Below, piece by piece: positions 26,214 to 39,167 of a stretch of 64,000 nt of DNA. The translations under genes and the position numbers were made by a program. Numbering within the stretch: the first letter of the stretch is position 1; each line of letters starts with the position of its first letter. Below the pieces are notes generated by a model. It did not search any database and was not told where the DNA came from. It worked only from the letters and a program-made list of their open reading frames with translations. This DNA comes from Eledone cirrhosa (taxonomy: Eukaryota): contig OZ024745.1 of assembly GCA_964016885.1 (NCBI GenBank), positions 62,001 to 126,000 of the forward strand, given 5' to 3'.

Positions 26214-27500
26214 ATCATCATCAACGTTTAACGTCCGTGTTCCACGCTTGCATGGGTTTGGACGGGGGTAGTCCCACTTGAGGCAAGAGTGATTGTCTTG
26301 CTCGCATAGGACTGTCTGGCAGGTTTTCTACAGTTGGATGCCCTTCCTAACACCAACCACATTTACAGTGTGGGTCTGGGAGGTTTTTGCCGTGTTGCCT
26401 ACACGGCCACATTACAGCGTGGACTGTGTGTTTTTTTTTCGTGACACCTACACGATCTCATTTGTTTCGGCCTGGATGGTGTGGCACCAACATAACTTTA
26501 CATAGAAGGGGGCGGTGTGGATGGGGTGGGACGGGGGTGTATTTTGTTAGAGATGCCTACTGACTGTAGTAGGTTTTACTATGTATTTAGGTAAGGCGGG
26601 TCTTCTCTATTACTGAGTACCGCCAAAGGTCTCGGTCCAGTGACATTGTCTTGGAGAGGTGTAAGTGTGTGAGGTCGGAGTTTATCAGCTCGTCCCAGAT
26701 TTTTCTGGGTCTGCCTATTCCGTGGCTACCGTCTATCTTTATTGCCCTGCACTTTGTTATACAGCTATCGTCTTTCATGCGCATCACGTGTCCATACCAA
26801 CGTAGCCTTCTCTCGAGTAAACAACATCTGATCCCTCTTATTTCTAATTTTTTCCTTAGTTCGTTTATGCTTTGCCGTTCACGTATATTACTATTACACA
26901 TCCAGCGGAGCATGCAAGCTTCGTTCCTCTCTAGTCTGCGTATATCCTCTGCACACAATGCCCAGGTCTCACTGCCATGCAACATTGCTGTTCGTATGCA
27001 GGCATTATACAACCTGCCTTTCATTTTTAGGGAGAACCCTTTAGCGGCTAATAGTGGTATAAGCTCTCTGAACTTTTTCCATCCAGTTCTGACTCTAGCT
27101 ACTGTACTTTCAGAGCACCCTCCCCCACTGCTGATTTTGTCACCCAGGTAACGGAAGCTGTCCACTATTTCTATAGAGCCCTCTGCGCAGTTGAAAGAGC
27201 TAGTATTTTGTGGGCACTTGCTGCTACTTATTGCACCAGAGCACCGGCCATATGTGAAATCTATGTTCTTAGTTAGCTTACCTGTGATCCCACTACATCT
27301 TTTATGCACCCATACTTTGCATTTCGGACACAAAATGGAGTTTCTACCTACGCCTTTCCTACACACTGAGCATGGCCACTTCCCGGAAGGGACCGCCGCC
27401 TTATTTTCTTTCCTACAAACTAGAACTTTGGTCTTAGCTAGGTTAATTTTAAGGCCTTTTGATTCTAGGCCGAGCTTCCATGTTTGGAATTTCTTCTCTA
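26214..27500 (-). mobile_element. 5'-truncated RTE LINE inserted in the 21-bp satellite
   Basis: Same RT C-terminal motifs and 3' UTR as the 14308 copy. Confidence 0.95.
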
Positions 27501-29995
27501 TACACCATTTTAAATTGTCTATACATTTTAAATTGTCTATACACCATTTTAAATTGTCTATACACCATTTTAAATTGACTATACACCATTTTAAATTGTC
27601 TATACACCATTTTAAATTGTCTATACACCATTTTAAATTGTCTATACACCATTTTAAATTGTCTATACACCATTTTAAATTGTCTATACACCATTTTAAA
27701 TTGTCTACACACCATTTTAAATTGACTATACACCATTTTAAATTGTCTATACACCATTTTAAATTGTCTACACACCATTTTAAATTGTCTATACATTTTA
27801 AATTGTCTATATATCTTAAATTGTCTATACACCATTTTAAATTGTCTACACACCATTTTAAATTGTCTATACACCATTTTAAATTGTCTACACACCATTT
27901 TAAATTGTCTATACACCATTTTAAATTGTCTATACACCATTTTAAATTGTCTACACAGCATTTTAAATTGTCTATACACCATTTTAAATTGTCTACACAG
28001 CATTTTAAATTGTCTATACAGCATTTTAAATTGTCTATACACTATTTTAAATTGTCTACACACCATTTTAAATTGTCTACACACCATTTTAAATTGTCTA
28101 CACACCATTTTAAATTGTCTACACACCATTTTAAATTGTCTATACACCATTTTAAATTGTCTATACACCATTTTAAATTGTCTACACACCATTTTAAATT
28201 GTCTACACACCATTTTAAATTGTCTATACACCATTTTAAATTGTCTACACACCATTTTAAATTGTCTATACACCGTTTTAAATTGTCTACACACCATTTT
28301 AAATTGTCTACACACCATTTTAAATTGTCTATACAGCATTTTAAATTGTCTGTACACCATTTTAAATTGTCTACACACCATTTTAAAATGTCTATACACC
28401 ATTTTAAATTGTCTACACACCATTTTAAATTGTCTACACACCATTTTAAATTGTCTATACACCATTTTAAATTGTCTACACACCATTTTAAATTGTCTAC
28501 ACACCATTTTAAAATGTCTATACACCATTTTAAATTGTCTACACACCATTTTAAATTTTCTACACACCATTTTAAATTGTCTACACACCATTTTAAATTG
28601 TCTACACACCATTTTAAATTGTCTACACACCATTTTAAATTGTCTATACAGCATTTTAAATTATCTACACACCATTTTAAATTGTCTATACACCATTTTA
28701 AATTGTCTACACACCATTTTAAAATGTCTATACACCATTTTAAATTGTCTACACACCATTTTAAATTGTCTATACACCATTTTAAATTGTCTACACACCA
28801 TTTTAAATTGTCTATACAGCATTTTAAATTATCTACACACCATTTTAAATTGTCTATACACCATTTTAAATTGTCTACACACCATTTTAAATTGTCTATA
28901 CAGCATTTTAAATTGACTATACACCATTTTAAAATGTCTATACACCATTTTAAATTGTCTACACACCATTTTAAATTGTCTACACACCATTTTAAATTGT
29001 CTATACACCATTTTAAATTGTCTATACACCATTTTAAATTGTCTACACACCATTTTAAATTGTCTATACACCATTTTAAATTGTCTATACACCATTTTAA
29101 ATTGTCTACACACCATTTTAAATTGTCTATACACCATTTTAAATTGTCTATACACCATTTTAAATTGTCTATACACCATTTTAAATTGTCTACACACCAT
29201 TTTAAATTGTCTATACACCATTTTAAATTGTCTATACACCATTTTAAATTGACTATACACCATTTTAAATTGTCGACACCATTTTAAATTGTCTACACAC
29301 CATTTTAAATTGACTATACACCATTTTAAATTGTCTATACACCATTTTAAATTGACTATACACCATTTTAAATTGTCTATACACCATTTTAAATTGACTA
29401 TACACCATATTAAATTGTCTACACACCATTTTAAATTGTCTACACACCATTTTAAATTGACTATACATCATTTTAAATTGTCTATACAGCATTTTAAATT
29501 GACTATACACCATTTTAAAATGTCTATACACCATTTTAAATTGTCTACACACCATTTTAAATTGTCTATACACCATTTTAAATTGTCTACATACCATTTT
29601 AAATTGTCTACATACCATTTTAAATTGTCTATACATTTTAAATTGTCTATATATCTTAAATTGTCTATACACCATTTTAAATTGTCTACACACCATTTTA
29701 AATTGTCTATACACCATTTTAAATTGTCTATACATTTTAAATTGTCTATACACCATTTTAAATTGTCTACACACCATTTTAAATTGACTATACACCATTT
29801 TAAATTGTCTATACAGCATTTTAAATTGACTATACACCACTTTAAAATGTCTATACACCGTTTTAAATTGTCTACACACCATTTTAAATTGTCTATATAT
29901 CTTAAATTGTCTATACACCATTTTAAATTGTCTACACACCATTTTAAATTGTCTACACACCATTTTAAATTGTCTATACATTTTAAATTGACTAT

Positions 29996-31282
29996 ATCAT
30001 CATCAACGTTTAACGTCCGTGTTCCACGCTTGCATGGGTTTGGACGGGGGTAGTCCCACTTGAGGCAAGAGTGATTGTCTTGCTCGCATAGGACTGTCTG
30101 GCAGGTTTTCTACAGTTGGATGCCCTTCCTAACACCAACCACATTTACAGTGTGGGTCTGGGAGGTTTTTACCGTGTTGCCTACACGGCCACATTACAGC
30201 GTGGACTGTGTGTTTTTTTGTCGTGACACCTACACGATCTCATTTGTTTCGGCCTGGATGGTGTGGCACCAACATAACTTTACATAGAAGGGGGCGGTGT
30301 GGATGGGGTGGGACGGGGGTGTATTTTGTTAGAGATGCCTACTGATTGTAGTAGGTTTTACTATGTATTTAGGTAAGGCGGGTCTTCTCTATTACTGAGT
30401 ACCGCCAAAGGTCTCGGTCCAGTGACATTGTCTTGGAGAGGTGTAAGTGTGTGAGGTCGGAGTTTATCAGCTCGTCCCAGATTTTTCTGGGTCTGCCTAT
30501 TCCGTGGCTACCGTCTATCTTTATTGCCCTGCACTTTGTTATACAGCTATCGTCTTTCATGCGCATCACGTGTCCATACCAACGTAGCCTTCTCTCGAGT
30601 AAACAACATCTGATCCCTCTTATTTCTAATTTTTTCCTTAGTTCGTTTATGCTTTGCCGTTCACGTATATTACTATTACACATCCAGCGGAGCATGCAAG
30701 CTTCGTTCCTCTCTAGTCTGCGTATATCCTCTGCACACAATGCCCAGGTCTCACTGCCATGCAACATTGCTGTTCGTATGCAGGCATTATACAACCTGCC
30801 TTTCATTTTTAGGGAGAACCCTTTAGCGGCTAATAGTGGTATAAGCTCTCTGAACTTTTTCCATCCAGTTCTGACTCTAGCTACTGTACTTTCAGAGCAC
30901 CCTCCCCCACTGCTGATTTTGTCACCCAGGTAACGGAAGCTGTCCACTATTTCTATAGAGCCCTCTGCGCAGTTGAAAGAGCTAGTATTTTGTGGGCACT
31001 TGCTGCTACTTATTGCACCAGAGCACCGGCCATATGTGAAATCTATGTTCTTAGTTAGCTTACCTGTGATCCCACTACATCTTTTATGCACCCATACTTT
31101 GCATTTCGGACACAAAATGGAGTTTCTACCTACGCCTTTCCTACACACTGAGCATGGCCACTTCCCGGAAGGGACCGCCGCCTTATTTTCTTTCCTACAA
31201 ACTAGAACTTTGGTCTTAGCTAGGTTAATTTTAAGGCCTTTTGATTCTAGGCCGAGCTTCCATGTTTGGAATTTCTTCTCTA
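29996..31282 (-). mobile_element. Duplicate of the 26214 RTE copy (offset 3782 bp)
   Basis: Identical junctions at both ends and only a few substitutions. Confidence 0.95.
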
Positions 31283-33801
31283 TACACCATTTTAAATTGT
31301 CTATACATTTTAAATTGTCTATACACCATTTTAAATTGTCTATACACCATTTTAAATTGACTATACACCATTTTAAATTGTCTATACACCATTTTAAATT
31401 GTCTATACACCATTTTAAATTGTCTATACACCATTTTAAATTGTCTATACACCATTTTAAATTGTCTACACACCATTTTAAATTGACTATACACCATTTT
31501 AAATTGTCTATACACCATTTTAAATTGTCTACACACCATTTTAAATTGTCTATACATTTTAAATTGTCTATATATCTTAAATTGTCTATACACCATTTTA
31601 AATTGTCTACACACCATTTTAAATTGTCTACACACCATTTTAAATTGTCTACACACCATTTTAAATTGTCTATACACCATTTTAAATTGACTATACACCA
31701 TTTTAAATTGTCTATACATTTTAAATTGTCTATACACCATTTTAAATTGTCTATACACCATTTTAAATTGACTATACACCATTTTAAATTGTCTATACAG
31801 CATTTTAAATTGACTATACACCATTTTAAATTGTCTATACACCATTTTAAAATGTCTATACACCATTTTAAATTGTCTATACATTTTAAATTGACTATAC
31901 ACCATTTTAAATTGTCTATACATTTTAAATTGTCTACACACCATTTTAAATTGTCTATACATTTTAAATTGACTATACACCATTTTAAATTGTCTATACA
32001 TTTTAAATTGTCTATACACCATTTTAAATTGTCTATACACCATTTTAAATTGACTATACACCATTTTAAATTGTCTATACACCATTTTAAATTGACTTTA
32101 CACCATTTTAAATTGTCTATACACCATTTTAAAATGTCTATACACCATTTTAAATTGTCTATACACCATTTTAAATTGACTATACACCTTTTTAAATTGT
32201 CTATACACCATTTTAAATTGTCTATACACCATTTTGAATTGTCTATACACCATTTTAAATTGACTATACACCATTTTAAATTGTCTATACACCATTTTAA
32301 ATTGACTATACACCATTTTAAATTGTCTATACACCATTTTAAAATGTCTATACACCATTTTAAATTGTCTATACACCATTTTAAATTGACTATACACCTT
32401 TTTAAATTGTCTATACACCATTTTAAATGTGTTGTACCTGTGAGTGAAGGAGCCAACTATGTCACATATTATGCCATGCTGAATCTCCCTGAGAAGTATG
32501 TTAAAGGTGCAAATGTCTGGAATTCTCAGACACTTGCATGTTTATTTCTAGATAAGGCAGTTCTGTAGATTTAATCAAGTGGAACAGTCAGTGAAAAGTG
32601 ACACACATCTAGCAACAACCTCTAAAGTCTCAAGTCCATATAGAATCCACATAGAATATATATTTCCAACTAGATTACCTTGCAACTGCCAACTACTCAA
32701 CTGTGAAACAAAAATTGTTGTTGTTTAGCACCAAGTCAAGCCTGATTGGACAGAAATATGACCAATGGCAGCCCAGCCTATTTAATCACATTTGTTTTCC
32801 ATACAGTTTATCTAGAACTACAATACCTAATGTGCCCTGTCTTGTTCAAGACAGCTGAGTATGATTGGAGAGAGGTTTGGCTGCTATTTCTAACAATTCA
32901 AGTGCTCTTTTAGAAGCCACCCTCTCTGGCTTGGAACTAAAGTGGAATATATACTATATATTTATCAAAGAACACAATAATGGTCAGTAATCCAACACAG
33001 TAACCTCACAGACTTCAACATAATCACTAGTATTAAGGTTGGAATTTGTAGTCTTGTGGTCACTAATTCAGGACAAGTAACCTCACAGCCATACTTTCCT
33101 TGTGAGAAAAGAAGAAAAAATAGAAATTTTTTGAAATTTAAGAAAAAGTTACTAACATGTTAGAGTAATCATCATCATCATCATCACAATCATCTTTTCC
33201 AATCAAAAGTTTTATAAAACAAACAATTCTGTTTTTAATAAGTCTTGAGTGAATTATGAATCTTAAATGTATGTTAACTTAAATTTAACTGCTTCAACAC
33301 AGGTTTAGCTTTTATACCCAACTTGTTTGACTATTTTTATAGTCAAAAGCCTACATTAAAGCAGTTAACTTTAAGCTAACATACATTCAAACTTCAGAAA
33401 TTATATTTAATTTTTATAAACTGAGAGCAATATGTCTTTTTAACACTTAACATCCTGTATCACATGAAACTGCATTAGCCAGACATTCTTGTAAGATACA
33501 CAACAGCAAGTACTATGACTGCATACCATTAAAAATTAAAGTCTTTTCTCTAATACTGCAAATTTTCACAATGATCTGTCCACTAATATACACACTATAA
33601 ACATTTGAAGGAACAGACACCATTTTTAGATATTTTCTGCTAAATCATTACAGGATGTTAAGAGTTGTTAAAACATTTTCAACAATTGTTTTCCCTTCTT
33701 TTATTTGGATTCATAATACCATAAATGGCAATATGAATACACGAATGAATGAATTAATTAATAAATGAAATAAATGAATAAATGATCATTACATTATCTA
33801 C

Positions 33802-33913
33802 CTCCGACTGTGCCGATGCTGTGTCTTCTTGATTTTCAGTGCCGTCTACTTCACCTTCAGGTGAATAGAATGCAAGGTATATCCATAAGTGGCCACGTAC
33901 TCTTGATCGGGAA
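33802..33913 (-). CDS. NEDD4: NEDD4-family exon, end of C2 plus acidic linker (S-SRSRVRGHLWIYLAFYSPEGEVDGTENQEDTASAQSE), 112 nt, phase 2-0
   Basis: gtccacag|TTCCCGA...TCGGAG|gtag; phase matches the preceding exon; resembles NEDD4 SRVKG.L.L..AY. Confidence 0.93.
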
Positions 33914-34614
33914 CTGTGGACAAGACAAGCAATAAATTAGACATGAACAATATACTGTTAGATGCAACTCTCTTCAAGAACCCCCCCAAGGTGGTATGAA
34001 CATCTCCCCCACTCCTATCTCCCAGTGACAGTGTTATGATAAAAATATACCCAGCCCACTCTGTAAGGTGGTAGTGCTGGTGTCACAACAAAAGCACCTT
34101 GTCAATAACTCTGTAAGGTGGTAGTGCCAGAGCCATGATAAAATGTTCCCACTATATGATGTAAAGGGGTTGGCAATAGGAAAGGTCTCCAACCATAGAA
34201 ACCAAGCCAAAACTGGTCACCTGACTAGTTCAGCTTCAGAATGACACCACAACTTGCCTAACCCATGCAGGCATGGTACACAGACATTAAACAGTGATGC
34301 TGATTACACACGCATATGTGGTTGATGGCTAAGAGGAAAGAGTACTCAATACTGAAGTAGAGTTTTAATATTCATTTTATTAGGACTAAATAGTAACAAG
34401 ACTCACTATTTAGCCCTAATAAAATGAAAAGAGAGAGAGAGAGATTTATATAGAAAAGACTTCTACAGGACTAGAACTGAGTCATTCATATGAAATCCTT
34501 GATACGACTGAAACAGTTCTAGTGCTGTAGAAGCCTTTTCTATATAAACCTCTGTCATCACTCTACTTATGTACCTTATTTACTGTCGTTACCCCCGATT
34601 CTACTCAGAAACAA

Positions 34615-35428
34615 CATCATCGTTTAACATCCATCTTCCACGCTTGCATGGGTTTAGATAGGAATTGTCCCACTTGAGGCAAGATTGGTTGTCTTGCTCG
34701 TATAGGACTGTCTGGCAGGTTTTCTACGGCTGGATGCCCTTCCTAACACCAACCACGTTTACAGTGTGTACTGGCAGGTTTTTAACGTGTTACCTACACG
34801 GCCACATTACAGCGTGGACTGTGTTTTTTTTGTCGTGACACCTACACGATCTCATTTATTTAGGACTGGATGTTGTGGTACCAACATAACTTTACAAAGG
34901 GGTGGTGTAGATGGGGGTGGGGGTGGAGTAGGGGTAGTGGGATGGGGTATATATTTGGTTAGGTGGTGCCTACTGACTGTAGGTTTCACTTTGTACTTAG
35001 GCAAGGCGGGTCTTCTATATTACTGCGTAGCGCCAAAGATCTCGGTCCAGTGACATTGTCTTAGAGAGCTGTAAGTGTGTAAGGTCGGAATTTATCAAAT
35101 CGTCCCAGGTTTTTCTGGGTCTGCCTACTCCGTAACTTCTATCAATTTTGATTGCCCTGCACTTTTTTATACAGCTGTTGTCTTTCATGCGCATCACGTG
35201 ACCATACCAACGTAGTCTTATCTCTAATAAACAACATCTGATCCCTCTTATTCCTAATTTCTCACTTAGTTCATTTATGCTTTGCCATTCACGTATATTA
35301 CTATTACACATCCAACGGAGCATGCATGCTTCGTTCCTCTCCAGTCTGCGCAGATCCTCTGCACACAATGCCCATGTCTCACTGTCATGTAACATTGCTG
35401 TTTGTATGCAGGCATCATACAATCTGCC
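34615..35428 (-). mobile_element. RTE LINE 3' fragment, more diverged
   Basis: YDACIQTAMLHDSETW...GRPRKTW plus 3' UTR and (GAT)n tail. Confidence 0.9.
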
Positions 35429-35462
35429 AACACCTAGTTTTCCAAGAGCCTAATATATATAT

Positions 35463-35700
35463 ATCATCATCATCATCGTTTAACGTCCATCTTCCACGCT
35501 AGCATGGGTTAGATGGTTTTGTTTCATTTGATGCGGGAATGGTCGGGAGACCATGTCTCACTCTCATGGAAGCGTCTCTGGCAGGTTTTTTTTTACAGCT
35601 GGATGCCCTTCCTAACACCAACCACATTTACAGTGTGGACTGGGAGCCTTTTCACCGTGTCTCCTACATGGCCACCTTACAGTGTGGACTGTTGTGTCAT
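35463..35700 (-). mobile_element. RTE 3' UTR-only fragment containing the 49-bp module
   Basis: atcatcatcgtttaacgtcc...tttacagtgtggactgggagccttttcaccgtgtctcctaca. Confidence 0.85.
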
Positions 35701-36516
35701 ATATATTAGAACTTGCATTTGTCTCAAGAAGTTTTCTAGTTATTTGATCAAAGAAACTAGCTATTTACTGATTTAGATCCAAGGTTGTTAATTCAATATA
35801 AAAAGAAGATTTGAACTACAGCAGTTGTTGCCCAACTTACCATGTAGTGACATTATAGCTTGGAGACAATATATTGTTTACTAGACTAGTCTTATTGTTG
35901 ACATGATGACTACATAATAGGAAGGAACACTCCACTTGAAGTATTTCAGATGAGATCTACAAAGTTTGAAATCATGTGAAAATTCCAGTTTTTTTTATCA
36001 ATAATAACTCAACTACTCTTTCCTCTGCCCTCCTTCACCAAAAGACTAAATCTAAGTAGATTATTTTCAGTTGGGGAAAAAAAACCTTTCATAATTCATA
36101 CAACAACCATACATCTAACTGGCATCCTTTCAGGTATTGATTTTTCCAAGCACTGGTTGACTCCTCACATTTGCAATTCTGGTATTAAAAGAAAATGAAA
36201 AATCTATTTTTAATAGATGTAGCTTACCTGCAGCTAACCAAATATTTGGGTGGAATTAGATGTTATTGCTAGACATGCTGCATAAGTCCCAGTCACCAGT
36301 CAATAAAACAGTGCTCAAAATAAAAAGCTCAATGTTATCCCCCATTTTCTATAAATCCCTTTACAAAACTTCTAAAAGTTATATCTCCCTTACTCATTAT
36401 GAACTCCAAGAATTTATATTTTATATAACTTTAGACCAAAGATTGGTTGATTTGATGTGGACAGGGGAAGAGGTAAAGGGAGGAGAGAAAGAGAGAGGGA
36501 GAGAAAGAAACAATAC

Positions 36517-36629
36517 CTGCGTGGCCGTAAAATATAATCTTTTGTGGGAATACGTCGACCAGGACGTTCTGTGAGAATGCTGGTGTGGTTGAGTGGAATT
36601 TCCACCAATCCAAGAAAATCATCTCTAGT
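36517..36629 (-). CDS. NEDD4: NEDD4-family exon, C2 domain (TRDDFLGLVEIPLNHTSILTERPGRRIPTKDYILRPR), 113 nt, phase 0-2
   Basis: attcag|ACTAGAGATGAT...CCACGCAG|gtattg; TRDDFLG and KDY.LRPR motifs; overlaps track ORF 36414..36608. Confidence 0.95.
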
Positions 36630-36873
36630 CTGAATAAGGAATGAGAAAGAGAATATTTGATGTAAAGTGAAACAACCAAAATACCCAAAACAGATACAGA
36701 TATATTTATTTCAAGCAAAAGATTGAGGGACTATGTTAAAAAGATAAACAGAGGATCTTTTCTTAAAAATACAACTAGACAAGTCATTTTAAGAACTTGT
36801 TACACTAACTACTTTAGACTAAAGACAGGAATAATAGAATTGAATCAATATATTAGTAGTTACTAATTATAGT

Positions 36874-37160
36874 GTGGAGGCATGTGGCCTAGTGGTAAGG
36901 TGTTGGACTTACGATCATAATGTTGTGGTTTTTATTCCTGGACTAAGTTGTGTGTTGTGTTCTTGAGCAAAACATTTCCTTTCATGTTACTTCACTATAC
37001 TCAGCTGAAAATGAGTACCAGCAATAGCTGGGGGTTTAACTCTGTGATAGACAGGCACCCTGTTCAGGGGTCGTCGTGTACACACAGTCATTTAATGCTA
37101 TGAAAACTAGGATAAGTACCGGCCTGATGAGCCTCCAGCTTCGGGGCAGACTTATATTGA
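36874..37160 (+). mobile_element. SINE family C (tRNA head, CORE-like block, different 3' half)
   Basis: gtggcctagtggtaagg A box, ttcttgagcaaaaca, then gatagacaggcaccctgttcagggg...ccggcctgatgagcc. Confidence 0.8.
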
Positions 37161-37394
37161 CCCTCATTGGCCCAGCTTCGGGGTAGACTTATATTGACCC
37201 TCATTGGCCCAGCTTCGGGGCAGACTTATATTGACCCTCACTGGCCCAGCTTCGGGGCAGACTTATATTGACCCCCACTGGCCCAGCTTCGGGGTAGACT
37301 TATATTGACCCCCACTGGCCCAGCTTCGGGGTAGACTTATATTGACCCCCACTGGCCCAGCTTCGGGGTAGACTTATATTGACCCTCACTGGCT
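37136..37394. repeat. 37-bp minisatellite, 7 copies, starting in the SINE 3' end
   Basis: Unit ccagcttcggggYagacttatattgacccYcaYtggc. Confidence 0.93.
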
Positions 37395-37671
37395 AAACAG
37401 ATGAAACTCTAGCATGATCATCATCATAATTTTATATCGAGTTTTTCATGCTGGCATGGGTTGGACAAGATTTTTTGAGGCAATGTTTTATAGCTAGATG
37501 CCTTTCTTATGATACATCCAGATACAATGTACCTATTCTAAACTGGATACACACATGAACTGATGTGAAATCAAAACAGCCTGGATAAGATTAAATCCTG
37601 TCAGACACTTACAACTAATCTCTACTATTTCTGTCATTATGCAACCCTTTGATGATAGTAAAAACACATAC

Positions 37672-37725
37672 CAATCTGTTTTCATCAAATACTTCAAAGA
37701 GCAGGCAGTTATCACGAGGATTTAC
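37672..37725 (-). CDS. NEDD4: NEDD4-family exon, C2 domain (VNPRDNCLLFEVFDENRL), 54 nt, phase 0-0
   Basis: tttacacag|GTAAAT...AGATTG|gtatgt; the motif LLFEVFDENRL is characteristic of the NEDD4 C2 domain. Confidence 0.95.
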
Positions 37726-37970
37726 CTGTGTAAATGAAGAAAGAAAAGAACATTAATTACAATAATTTTAAAAAGCTTTATTGATTTATTGATTTATAGG
37801 CAACTTTTCATGCTTGTTTGGAGATGTTTTGTTTTGAAAGGATGTTTTTCATAGCTCTCCCTAATAGAAACATATAGCTCTCTCCCTAAGCCAGGTTTAT
37901 TAATTGTGCTGTTGACATTTAAACACTTCTCAAACACAAATGTTTTCTCCACCATTCCGTTTTATTTTAG

Positions 37971-38428
37971 AACAACCATTCTCCAAGAAGGCAAGATAAA
38001 CAACCTATGAGATCTCCATGAAACAACCATTCTCCAAGATGGCAAGATAAACAACCTATGAGATCTCCATGAAACAACCATTCTCCAAGAAGGCAAGATA
38101 AACAACCTATGAGATCTCCATGAAACAACCATTCTCCAAGATGGCAAGATAAACAACCTATGAGATCTCCATGAAACAACCATTCTCCAAGATGGCAAGA
38201 TAAACAACCTATGAGATCTCCATGAAACAACCATTCTCCAAGATGGCAAGATAAACAACCTATGAGATCTCCATGAAACAACCATTCTCCAAGAAGGCAA
38301 GATAAACAACCTATGAGATCTCCATGAAACAACCATTCTCCAAGAAGGCAAGATAAACAACCTATGAGATCTCCATGAAACAACCATTCTCCAAGATGGC
38401 AAGATAAACAACCTATGTGATCTCCATG
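37971..38428. repeat. 51-bp minisatellite, 9 copies
   Basis: Unit aacaaccattctccaagaWggcaagataaacaacctatgagatctccatga. Confidence 0.96.
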
Positions 38429-38877
38429 GAGAAACAGTAACAAAACAAAAAGATAGTCTCAAGACTGCTGTGGATAAAAAGAATAAAAATAATATTGTAA
38501 GACAGTCATAGGAAGTACTAATTAATAGATGAATAAGTATTAATTTAGTTTAGATGTTTTTTAAATGTACATATTTGTTTCTTGGAAATAGTTATTTTAG
38601 CTGTTAAAACAGTTTCATCCATTTTCCACCTATTCATTTCCTGGTGTCAAGTTTTTTTGTTGCACTCTTTGTGACCTGGTTATTGACCCTTGCCAAACAA
38701 GTACAACTTTAAAATGTGGGTTTCATCATTAAATTGATCACATGGTAAACCACATAGAGAAAGCAGAACAGAAACCAATAAAACAATACATAAATATAAA
38801 TGGAACCATAGATGCAGAGATACAACATATTTATGATTGGAAATGGGTTAGAATTAGTTTGTTAAAGTCTGTTTTAA

Positions 38878-39100
38878 GCTGAAGGCTCATCAGGCCAGTA
38901 CTTATCCCCTGGCTTCCTTGGCATTAAGTGACCGAGAGTACAAGACTCTCCCTGGATAGAACACTGGTCTACTCACTCTCAGCTGAGTGGACTGGAGCAA
39001 TGTGAAGTAAAGTGTCTTGCTCAAGAACACACCAGCCTCTCCAGGAATCAAACCAACAACATACAATCATACCCCAGCATTCCTAAACACTGGGCCATAA
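38878..39100 (-). mobile_element. SINE family C
   Basis: ggctcatcaggccagtacttatcc...cagctgagtggactggagcaatgtg...cttgctcaagaacac. Confidence 0.75.
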
Positions 39101-39167
39101 ATTAATATTTAGTAATTCATTTTAGGGAAACTTTGTTAATTATAATCGGGCAGCATATATCTAGTAA

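Larger units (their letters stand above)
23797..32428. repeat. 21-bp satellite (caccattttaaattgtctaYa), about 6 kb of units, interrupted by two RTE copies
   Basis: Direct reading; 18-bp deletion variants; source of the HHFKLS, ILNCLHT and RQFKMV ORFs. Confidence 0.98.

Noticed and set aside
30369-32456. 695-aa satellite-RT fusion ORF
   Set aside because: Starts at TTG, lacks the RT catalytic core, and the in-frame join is expected by chance
23734-32568. HHFKLS, ILNCLHT and RQFKMV repeat proteins
   Set aside because: Translations of a 21-bp satellite that is open in several frames on both strands
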